The notes under the pieces were generated by a model. The model was given only the letters and a program-made list of their open reading frames with translations. It ran no database searches and had not been told where the DNA came from. A stretch of DNA of 64,000 nt from Macrostomum lignano (taxonomy: Eukaryota). Of the stretch, positions 54,262 through 64,000 are shown piece after piece. The DNA lies in NCBI GenBank assembly GCA_002269645.1, contig NIVC01001330.1, positions 62,001 through 126,000 of the forward strand, in the 5' to 3' direction. Position 1 is the stretch's first letter; each line of letters starts with the position of its first letter. The position numbers and the translations under genes are program-made.

Positions 54262-55070
54262 CCGCAATCTAGATGGCAGCTGCGGAGCCGCCGTCACCCT
54301 AAGCTGTGTGGTCACCCGGAATGCAGCGGCTGATGTTCCAGCGGCTGTCAAGGTCAGAGTGATCGTGTTCCGCTTGCGCATCCGGCAGCGGCTCCTGGCC
54401 AGCTGCTGTCGCTTCTTGACGCTGCGCCGCAGCTCCTGGTCCGTCGTTGACTCGGTGCTTGCTGGTTGAAGACGACCCATTGGCAGGCAGAACTTTCATC
54501 CCAGCATCAGTTCAGCCGGTGACTTGTTGGTCAGCGCGTGCTCGGATGACCGATTCGCCAGCAGCAGCTCCTGAACCACCTGCTTCACTGGCAGGGCGTC
54601 GGTGCGCACACTGAGGTCTTGATGAAGCCGTTGAACCTATCGAATCCGCCATTCTTTCTGTAGGCAGTAGAGCGAAGTGCGACGGTGCTTGATGCCGAAC
54701 GAGCTGAGGAAGTCCGTGAACTCCGAGCGAAACAAACTGAGATCCGGGGTAAATTCGATATACGAGTAGGCAGCCGCAGTCATGGATGACTATTCGATGA
54801 TCTCAGGCATTTCGCCATTGGTCGCGCTGTCTGGCCTCTGAAGCTCTCTTGGCGTTGATCTCCTGAAGCCGTCGTCAGCTGCTACGCTGGCGGCAATCTG
54901 GATTGCTCCATCCAGAGTGAGCTCTCGCTCAGCAGGAGGCGTTCGCGCACCTTCGCTAATGAGATGCCAAAGATCAGCTGGTTTAGCACGAGATCGTCGT
55001 GAGGCTCTGCAACTCGCAGTCTCTGGCGGCATGGCACAGGTTTGGCACAAATGCGTGCGCGCCTTCGCTG
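54262..55070 (-). mobile_element. Degenerate Ty3/Gypsy LTR retrotransposon remnant (gag and integrase fragments)
   Basis: gag-like DDLVLNQLIFGIS..KVRERLLL/ELTLDGAIQIAASV (about 54880-55000). Integrase-like EFTDFLSSFGIKHRRTSLY, NGGFDRFNGFIK, LLLANRSSEHALTNKSPAELMLG (about 54490-54740). Stops and frameshifts throughout. Confidence 0.8.
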
Positions 55071-55393
55071 CTGTGCTCAACGCACTTCCAAACCCAAAAT
55101 AACATCGCTCATTACAAACCCAAGTATCGCGACTACGAAAGTGCTAGTGAACCGGAGCTTGTTAGCTGCACAGTGTTAAATGCGCTTTTATGTAAAATAT
55201 GCTTTTTATTTGTTTGTATTGATGAGTAGGGCTCTGAAAGCTAATTAAATATTAATGAGTGTGTCTCACGGCAGCTCAATATTCAGCTCCAGCTGTTGAC
55301 ATGCACATTTCTATAGAATAAATATCTTCGATGACCATCCATTGCGTTTATTAGTGCTCAGTTATTTATTCATATTCCTGAGTTGTCGCCTGT

Positions 55394-55626
55394 CTTCTCA
55401 TGGCTTTTCTCGTGTCTTCTCATGGCTTTTCTCGTGTCTTCTCATGGTTTTTCTCGTGTCTTCTCATGGTTTTTCTTGTGTCTTCTCATGGCTTTTCTCG
55501 TGTCTTCTCATGGTTTTCCCGTGTCTTCTCATGGCTTTTCTCGTGTCTTCTCATGGCTTTTCTCGTGTCTTCTCATGGCTTTTCTCGTGTCTTCTCATGG
55601 CTTTTCTCGTGTCTTCTCATGGCTTT
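55394..55626. repeat. 22-bp minisatellite TTCTCATGGCTTTTCTCGTGTC
   Basis: About 10 copies. Confidence 0.9.
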
Positions 55627-56039
55627 TTTAATGGGCTGGGGCTGGGACTGGAGATGAGACTGGGGTAGACAGAGACTAGGACTTGGAGTTGGGATGGGAC
55701 TGGGACGAGATTGTCTTACCTTTGTCACACCACAGAAGTTAAAGAATAAATTTTAAAACCAGAATTTGAAATTTGAAACCGAACTTCGAAACCGGAAATT
55801 ATAGAAATAAGTTTTTCATGAGTTCATGGCGTGCTCAGCTCCAGAATGAGCTCTTATTGCTAATTTTAGCGGCAGCATTCTTAATGAGCTGATCATTCTA
55901 GAGGTGCGATGAAAATCTGAGCAATATTTTATTCCAATATTTAGCATTGCCACCTCAGTCAGTGACACCTCGCTGCTCTCATTCTGCATCATTTGCTGGA
56001 GCGGAGCGTCAGCATCCCGAATATCGAAGATTCAAACCA

Positions 56040-56550
56040 GCGACCTACCATCCGTCTCCCCTAATACGCCGAGCGTCGCCGTCTTCGAGACGGTGTCGGA
56101 GACGACGCTGAGCGACGACGAGGTCAGACGGCAGTTCATCGGAGGCGAAGCGGCGGCGGTCGAGCGGACTCGCACGGCTGCCTGAGCCGGGAGGCCAAGT
56201 CCCGCCGGGTCAGCCTGGCGCCGCACCTGCTGCCGCTGGCCAGCTTCAGCTTCTTCTGCGACGAGCGCGGCCGCGAGTTCGACCTGTCGGCGCTCCGCCA
56301 GGTGAGCCTGCAGACCAGAGACGTTGACGAGCAGCGGCTGGCCACCGAGGCCGCCGTGGCGAAGGCATCGCGGTGGAGCCGGCGGATCCGCAACAACCCA
56401 CCGGTGCGGCTGCGGCCCCCCGGCAGCGTGCGGGTGTTCGGCTTCCTGCGGCACCCGGTGCGCATCATGGACCGCGTGCTCATCGGCTTCCTGGAGCCGG
56501 CGGAGCACCAAAGACTCAAGCGGCTGCTGGATGGGACAGCAGAGCTCTGA
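56040..56550 (+). other. Unassigned GC-rich coding-like segment with an apparent 1-nt frameshift near 56140
   Basis: Strong GC3 codon bias in one frame to about 56140 (..VAVFETVSETTLSDDEVRRQFI), then in another frame to TGA at 56550 (..SLAPHLLPLASFSFFCDE..FLRHPVRIMDRVLIGFLEP..). No family recognised. Confidence 0.45.
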
Positions 56551-56566
56551 CTGCCTTTGAGTGATA

Positions 56567-56800
56567 TGACTGCTAAGTTTGGGTGCGATTCATATGGCTG
56601 CTAAGTTTGAGTGCGTTTCATATGGCTGCTCAGTTTGAGTGCGTTTCATATGGCTGCTCAGTTTGAGTGCGTTTCATATGGCTGCTCAGTTTGAGTGCGT
56701 TTCATATGGCTGCTCAGTTTGAGTGCGTTTCATATGGCTGCTCAGTTTGAGTGCGTTTCATATGGCTGCTCAGTTTGAGTGCGTTTCGTATGGCTGCTCG
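56567..56800. repeat. 28-bp minisatellite GCGTTTCATATGGCTGCTCAGTTTGAGT
   Basis: About 8 copies. Confidence 0.9.
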
Positions 56801-56889
56801 GTGCAGCGTTATGGGGATCGCAGCACATTGCCATTGGGGTTGCTATAGGAGCTTAATTATATAGCTTCATCATTGCATTTGCTTTGCTG

Positions 56890-56995
56890 GATCCCAGTTG
56901 CTGGGCCAGCCTCCCAGATCCCAGTTGCTGGGCCAGCCTCCCAGATCCCAGTTGCTGGGCCAGCCTCCCAGATCCCAGTTGCTGGGCCAGCCTCC
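56890..56995. repeat. 27-bp tandem GATCCCAGTTGCTGGGCCAGCCTCCCA
   Basis: 4 copies, each with a CCCAG-TTG-CTGGG hairpin. Confidence 0.9.
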
Positions 56996-57734
56996 AATTG
57001 ATTGCAATTTCAATAGTTTGTGTCCAATCAGCCACTGCAAAACCCCCATATGAATGTATTCGCAGGTCTTGAATGTACATTGCATCATTGCTACTTATGT
57101 TTTTAGTAGTGCCGTTTCCTTGCACAGTTTTTAATCTGAAATTTGCACTGCCGGGCCGTCTGCCAATTAATTTTAAAACTTTTATTGCTGAATATTTATT
57201 GAATATTGAATATTTTACATTTTAGTTTGTGCAGCAGGGTGAATGGGTCCTGTTTATATTATGAAAGAATTTGTTACCATAAGTTGTCATGAATATTTGT
57301 GCTGCTCTGAAGTCACCCAGTTGCATATTTATCTTTTACATTATTTTCAAGTTTTTTTTGTTTATACTACTACCAACATTTTCAGTAGTAGTCTATCAAT
57401 TGTCGGTTAAAAATAGCAATGTATTAATCCATTAGAATTGTGCATATTTGCGTCATAAAGTACCTTCTTAACGGCCTGTTTTCATATTTTGCACTGGCAC
57501 TTGTTACCTGCACAATGTTTAGATGTATTTTTATGTAAAATATGCTGACTTGTTTATATTGTTGTTTAGCGCTCTGACTTTACTAATTAAATGTTAATTC
57601 ATTTCTCTCGCGGCAGCTCAATGTTCAACTCCAGCTATTGACATGTACATTTCCATTATATAAATATCTGATATGATTATCCATTGCGTTTATTAGTGCT
57701 CACTTATTTATTCATAATCCTGAACTGTCTGCAT

Positions 57735-58272
57735 GTTTTCTCATGGCTTTTATCGCGTCTCATCATGGTCTTTCTCATGTCTTCTCATGGCTTTTATCGC
57801 GTCTCATCATAATCTTTCTCATGTCTTCTCATGGCTTTTATCGCGTCTCATCATGGTCTTTCTCATGTCTTCTCATGGCTTTTATCGCGTCTCATCATGG
57901 TCTTTCTCATGTCTTCTCATGGCTTTTATCGCGTCTCATCATGGTCTTTCTCATGTCTTCTCATGGCTTTTATCGCGCCTCATCATGGTCTTTCTCATGT
58001 CTTCTCATGGCTTTTATCGCGTCTCATCATGGTCTTTCTCATGTCTTCTCATGGCTTTTATCGCGTCTCATCATGGTCTTTCTCATGTCTTCTCATGGCT
58101 TTTATCGCGCCTCATCATGGTCTTTCTCATGTCTTCTCATGGCTTTTATCGCGTCTCATCATGGTCTTTCTCATGTCTTCTCATGGCTTTTATCGCGCCT
58201 CATCATGATCTTTCTCATGTCTTCTCATGGCTTTTATCGCGTCTCATCATGGTTTTTCTCATGTCTTCTCAT
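57735..58272. repeat. 44-bp minisatellite (dimer of the 22-bp unit)
   Basis: TTCTCATGGCTTTTATCGCGTCTCATCATGGTCTTTCTCATGTC, about 12 copies. Confidence 0.95.
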
Positions 58273-58294
58273 CACTCTCATTTTCTATCTTCCA

Positions 58295-58610
58295 CTCACC
58301 TATCTCCCTCTCACCCCATCTCCCTCTCACCCCATCTCCCTCTCACCCCATCTCCCTCTCACCCCATCCCCCCTCACCCCATCTCCCTCTCACCCCATCT
58401 CCCCCTCACCCCATCTCCCTCTCACCCCATCTCCCTCTCACCCCATCTCCCTCTCACCCCATCTCCCTCTCACCCCATCTCCCTCTCACCCCATCTCCCT
58501 CTCACCCCATCTCCCTCTCACCCCATCTCCCTCTCACCCCATCTCCCTCTCACCCCATCCCCCCTCACCCCATCTCCCTCTCACCCCATCTCCCTCCCAC
58601 CACCCCCTCT
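58295..58610. repeat. 16-bp C/T repeat CCATCTCCCTCTCACC
   Basis: About 19 copies. Confidence 0.9.
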
Positions 58611-58659
58611 TACCCGCTCATTTCGAGTTTCTCTGCGCTCCGCTTGCCCCACCTGTTTC

Positions 58660-59990
58660 CTTAATTAGCAACAGTCTCCCACCTGTTTCCTTAATTAGCA
58701 ACAGTCTCCCACCTGTTTCCTTAATTAGCAACAGTCTCCCACCTGTTTCCTTAATTAGCAACAGTCTCCCACCTGTGTCCTTAATTAGCAACAGTCTCCC
58801 ACCTGTTTCCTTAATTAGCAACAGTCTCCCACCTGTTTCCTTAATTAGCAACAGTCTCCCACCTGTTTCCTTAATTGGCAACAGTCTCCCACCTGTTTCC
58901 TTAATTAGCAACAGTCTCCCACCTGTGTCCTTAATTAGCAACAGTCTCCCACCTGTTTCCTTAATTAGCAACAGTCTCCCACCTGTTTCCTTAATTAGCA
59001 ACAGTCTCCCACCTGTGTCCTTAATTAGCAACAGTCTCCCACCTGTTTCCTTAATTAGCAACAGTCTCCCACCTTAATTAGCAACAGTCTCCCACCTGTG
59101 TCCTTAATTAGCAACAGTCTCCCACCTGTTTCCTTAATTAGCAACAGTCTCCCACCTGTTTCCTTAATTAGCAACAGTCTCCCACCTGTTTCCTTAATTA
59201 GCAACAGTCTCCCACCTGTTTCCTTAATTAGCAACAGTCTCCCACCTGTTTCCTTAATTAGCAACAGTCTCCCACCTGTTTCCTTAATTAGCAACAGTCT
59301 CCCACCTGTTTCCTTAATTAGCAACAGTCTCCCACCTGTTTCCTTAATTAGCAACAGTCTCCCACCTGTTTCCTTAATTAGCAACAGTCTCCCACCTGTT
59401 TCCTTAATTAGCAACAGTCTCCCACCTGTTTCCTTAATTAGCAACAGTCTCACACCTGTTTCCTTAATTAGCAACAGTCTCCACCTGTTTCCTTAATTAG
59501 CAACAGTCTCACACCTGTTTCCTTAATTAGCAACAGTCTCCACCTGTTTCCTTAATTAGCAACAGTCTCCCACCTGTTTCCTTAATTAGCAACAGTCTCC
59601 CACCTGTGTCCTTAATTAGCAACAGTCTCCCACCTGTTTCCTTAATTAGCAACAGTCTCCCACCTGTTTCCTTAATTAGCAACAGTCTCCCACCTGTTTC
59701 CTTAATTAGCAACAGTCTCCCACCTGTTTCCTTAATTAGCAACAGTCTCCCACCTGTTTCCTTAATTAGCAACAGTCTCCCACCTGTTTCCTTAATTAGC
59801 AACAGTCTCCACCTGTTTCCTTAATTAGCAACAGTCTCCCACCTGTTTCCTTAATTAGCAACAGTCTCCCACCTGTTTCCTTAATTAGCAACAGTCTCCC
59901 ACCTGTTTCCTTAATTAGCAACAGTCTCCCACCTGTTTCCTTAATTAGCAACAGTCTCCCCACCTGTTTCCTTAATTTGCAACAGTCTCT
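58660..59990. repeat. 30-bp minisatellite ACCTGTTTCCTTAATTAGCAACAGTCTCCC
   Basis: About 44 highly homogeneous copies. Confidence 0.95.
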
Positions 59991-60220
59991 CAGCAGCTGC
60001 GTCAGCAAACTCGCAGCCACTCTCTGCCTCTCCCAGCCTCCATTCGCTCTTCATCTGTCCGAGCTCAGAATGAGCACCAGAAGCTCAAACTGATGCAGCA
60101 GAGATGCTGAGCTCATTCGGCAAGGAGAGGCAGAGGTGCACAGCTGGTGAAATTTGTGCAGGGCTTTTGGACAATGGGGCAGAGTTGATGAGGCACCGCT
60201 GTGTGCAGCTGGGCTGCTGT

Positions 60221-60415
60221 GTGCGGCCTCTGCATCTCCTTCTGTCTCTCCTTCCTCTGTGCTGCCTCTGCATCTCCTTCTGTCTCTCCTTCCTCTGTGC
60301 GGCCTCTGCATCTCCTTCTGTCTCTCCTTCCTCTGTGCGGCCTCTGCATCTCCTTCTGTCTCTCCTTCCTCTGTGCGGCCTCTGCATCTCCTTCTGTCTC
60401 TCCTTCATCTGTGCG
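60221..60415. repeat. 38-bp tandem GTGCGGCCTCTGCATCTCCTTCTGTCTCTCCTTCCTCT
   Basis: About 5 copies. Confidence 0.9.
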
Positions 60416-61782
60416 GCGTCCAGCCATGAGTTGAGGGCTGGGGTTGGGGCTGTGCGCTGTACTTGCGCTCACACCGGAGCGGAAAAACAAAGCCTCTACT
60501 CGCCCCGACCCCAGCTGTCCAAGCAGCTCCAGACCAGCGGAGCTCAATGCCCAGAGGACAATGGCGAAGCTGAGGTTTGAGGGCCGAGCCAGCAGCCTGC
60601 GAACGCGTGACAAAAGAAGACTCGCAGCGAATGCTTTGGGGGGGGGTTGATGGCTGCCTCACAGCGGCACAAAGACAAACTGCTTGAGCGCCAACCCTGC
60701 CCAGCTCAAAGCATTCACTGCTTTGCATTGCGCCTGGGCGTTCTCGTTGACTGTAAAATTCACTGCCTTGGATATTCGGCACTGCGGGTTTTCAGGTGCG
60801 AGCCTCGCACTCACAATTGGGCCTTTGGAGGCCAGCGTGAGTGAAAGTCTCTCTCATGTAGGCAGACTATGGCAGGTGAATGACACCTGTTATTGGCTGG
60901 AGCCGTCGAGCCTATTTTGTCTTTTTTGTTCAAAAGTGCACCTCTGAAGCCAGTGCATAGAAAAGCATTTAAATTTGACATTCAAATGCCTGCTGGTAGA
61001 GGCTGCGAGCTCAGCCCCACCTCATCACCCTATCATTTAGAGCTGCCAGCCTCCTCACTGCAGAGGCTCTGAGCAGCTCATTGTGCCTCCCCACTGACCG
61101 CCTGCTCTGATGAAATGCTGACTTTCTTGGCAACTCCTTTGCACCTCATCGTCTCAGCTGCCCGCTTCGGACCGCCTCGGACTTGGGGTGGGCGCTCGCA
61201 GCCTCGAGTCTCTCAGCATCTCCACAAAGCACTGCTCACTGACCTCTCAGCTCTTGGGCAGTCTGGGCCACTCGAAAGCGGTGTGTCTCTCACCTGCATG
61301 TACAAGCTCTGTTTATCAGCCACCTGAGAAAGACAGGCTGGGATGTAGGGTGGGTGCAGCAGGGTTGACCGTCAGCTAATGGAAGGGGCCAATATCGATA
61401 CTGATCGGACACCCACAACACCTCCAAAAGCGTGAAGAAAACCTGGTACAGCAGCTGCCATCGATCTTTATGCATCGCTTCTTGGCCCTCGCGGATATAG
61501 TCTGCCAGTCCAAAAATACTTTCAAATCTCCGCAAACAATATCGCTTACAATAAGCTACTCATAGTACTCATAAGAATATCACTTGTCCTAAAGTAAAAG
61601 AGAAGAGCTGTATAGAATTTTTCCGGAAATTTGTTTGCACCTGAAGATTCGCTATGCCAGATTATTTTACTCAAAAGTGAGTCACAGACCTCTTGCACTG
61701 CCTTGATTCGTGCCTTCGGCTATCGGGGGTGGGCGCTCAGTTCTGGAATTTTCCAGCGTCTCTTCGATGCACTTCACTCTGC

Positions 61783-62026
<244 letters not shown>

Positions 62027-62399
62027 TCAGCTTGTGTTTTGTTGCAAATCTGTAAAAATTCAATTTTATTGCACATTCGAGTCCGCTTCTCCGTCGGTTT
62101 CATTGTCCTGCCAGTAGCTTATTAAAAAAACTGGCTTGTCAAGTAGTTTTTGCATTTTGTAGCAAATGCTCGCTCACTGACCAGATGTTCCACTTTGTTT
62201 ATATTTTGTCTCCAAGAAGGCCAAAAGCAACAACCTCTTGAACATTAGAAACAGTGCGTCACAGAACACACGTGGTTGGTCCTGACTCACAGAGCCATCC
62301 TTCAAGTAGCTTTATACTCATGTGCCAAAACCCATACCCGTATCTCATGCACACAGCCATTGCTCATGTTCCATAACCATCTTTCTGTCTCTATTTTGT

Positions 62400-63790
62400 G
62401 TCTCTCACCCATACCCCCTCTCACCCATCTCCCACTCACCCATCTCCCTCTCAATCATCTCCCTCTCACACATCTTCCTCTCAACCATCTCCCACTCACC
62501 CATCTCCCTCTCAACCATCTCCCTCTCAACCATCTCCCACTCACCCATCTTCCTCTCACTCATATCCCTCTCACCCATCTCCCTCTCAACCATCTCCCTC
62601 TCAACCATCTCTCTCTAACCCATCTCCCTTTCACCCATCTCCCTCTCAACCATCTCCCTCTCACCCATCTCTCTCTAACCCATCTCCCTTTCACCCATCT
62701 CCCTCTCAACCATCTCTCTCTAACCCATCTCCCTTTCACCCATCTCCCTCTCAACCATCTCTTTCTCAACCATCTCTCTCTAACCCATCTCCCTCTCACT
62801 CATATCTCTCTCACCCATCTCCCTCTCATCCATCTCCCTCTCACCCATCTCCCTCTCACCCATCTCCCTCTCAACCATCTCTCTCTCAACCATCTCCCAC
62901 TCACCCATCTCCCTCTCAACCATCTCTCTCACACATCTTCCTCTCACTCATATCCCTCTCACCCATCTCCCTCTCACTCATATCTCTCTCACCCATCTCC
63001 CTCTCATCCATCTTCCTCTCACCCATCTCCCTCTCACCCATCTGCCTCTCAACCATCTCCCTCTCAACTATCTCCCACTCACCCATCTCCCTCTCAACCA
63101 TCTCCCTCTCAACCATCTCTCTCTAACCCATCTCCCTTTCACCCATCTCTCTCTCACCCATCTCCCTCTCAACCATCTCCCTCTCAATCATCTCCCACTC
63201 ACCCATCTCCCTCTCAACCATCTCTCTCTCACACATCTTCCTCTCACTCATATCCCTCTCACCCATCTCCCTCTCAACCATCTCCCTCTCAACCATCTCT
63301 CTCTAACCCATCTCCCTTTCACCCATCTCCCTCTCAACCATCTCCCTCTCAACCATCTCCCTCTCAACCATCTCTCTCTAACCCATCTCCCTCTCACTCA
63401 TATCTCTCTCACCCATCTCCCTCTCACTCATATCTCTCTCACCCATCTCCCTCTCATCCATCTTCCTCTCACCCATCTCCCTCTCACCCATCTCCCTTTC
63501 ACCCATCTCCCTCTCAACCATCTCCCTCTCACACATCTTCCTCTCACTCATATCTCTCTCACCCATCTCCCTCTCAACCATCTCTCTCTCACCCATCTTC
63601 CTCTCACTCATATCTCTCTCACCCATCTCCCTCTCACCCATCTCCCTCTCACTCATCCCCCTCTCACCCATCCCCCTCTCACCCATCTCCCTCTCACCCA
63701 TCTCCCTCTCACTCATCCCCTCTCACCCATCCCCCTCTCACCCATCTCCCTCTCACCCATCCCCCTCTCACCTATCCGCCTCTCACTCAT
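62400..63790. repeat. 15-bp C/T minisatellite CCATCTCCCTCTCA(C/A)
   Basis: About 90 degenerate copies. Confidence 0.9.
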
Positions 63791-64000
63791 CTCTATTTTT
63801 AGAACATTTTCTAGCTCAGACTTCACAGCCACCAGCTCGGTGCCTGACCAGGACAGTGCGGGACTCACATACAGGCTGATTTTGGATTCCATACAGTTTA
63901 TCTGTGCACTGCGGCTGCCTGCCTTTTTTAATGCATTTTGCACTCGGTGACCGGCACTTCAGCATTTCACTGCTGAGATTGTCAACTCGACAGCTCAGCT

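Noticed and set aside
60068-60200. Paralog of the 56040-56550 coding segment (EHQKLKLM vs EHQRLKRL)
   Set aside because: Similarity limited to about 19 nt; no extended alignment visible.

Overview
Eukaryotic (animal) genomic DNA with GT-AG introns; the tropomyosin sequence points to a lophotrochozoan, probably a flatworm, and the minisatellite-packed introns are suggestive of Macrostomum (inference). Genes, in order: (1) last exon of a TBC/RabGAP USP6NL-like gene (+); (2) a 9-exon inositol-pentakisphosphate 2-kinase (IPPK, +, 581 aa); (3) an intronless reticulocalbin/calumenin-type EF-hand gene nested antisense in IPPK intron 4; (4) a tropomyosin gene (-) with two alternative N-termini and two interleaved sets of C-terminal exons; (5) two paralogous secreted PAN/apple + C-type lectin genes (EPN vs QPD motifs); (6) an 8-Cys Ly6/three-finger protein gene; (7) a few unassigned coding-like islands. 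Mobile DNA: a tRNA-derived SINE with 13-bp TSD, remnants of mariner, Crypton-type tyrosine recombinase and Gypsy elements, and a hierarchical GACA-microsatellite element array. About 30 distinct tandem repeats occupy introns and intergenic space. The most striking observation is the tropomyosin architecture. Exons 4-9 each exist twice (genomic order 4a,4b,5b,5a,6a,6b,7b,7a,8b,8a,9a,9b). Introns are precisely missing at three junctions where same-set exons are neighbours, so reading phase locks exons 4-7 into two coordinated paths, each able to give a 284-aa protein. All calls come from manual reading of the sequence; no database searches were run.
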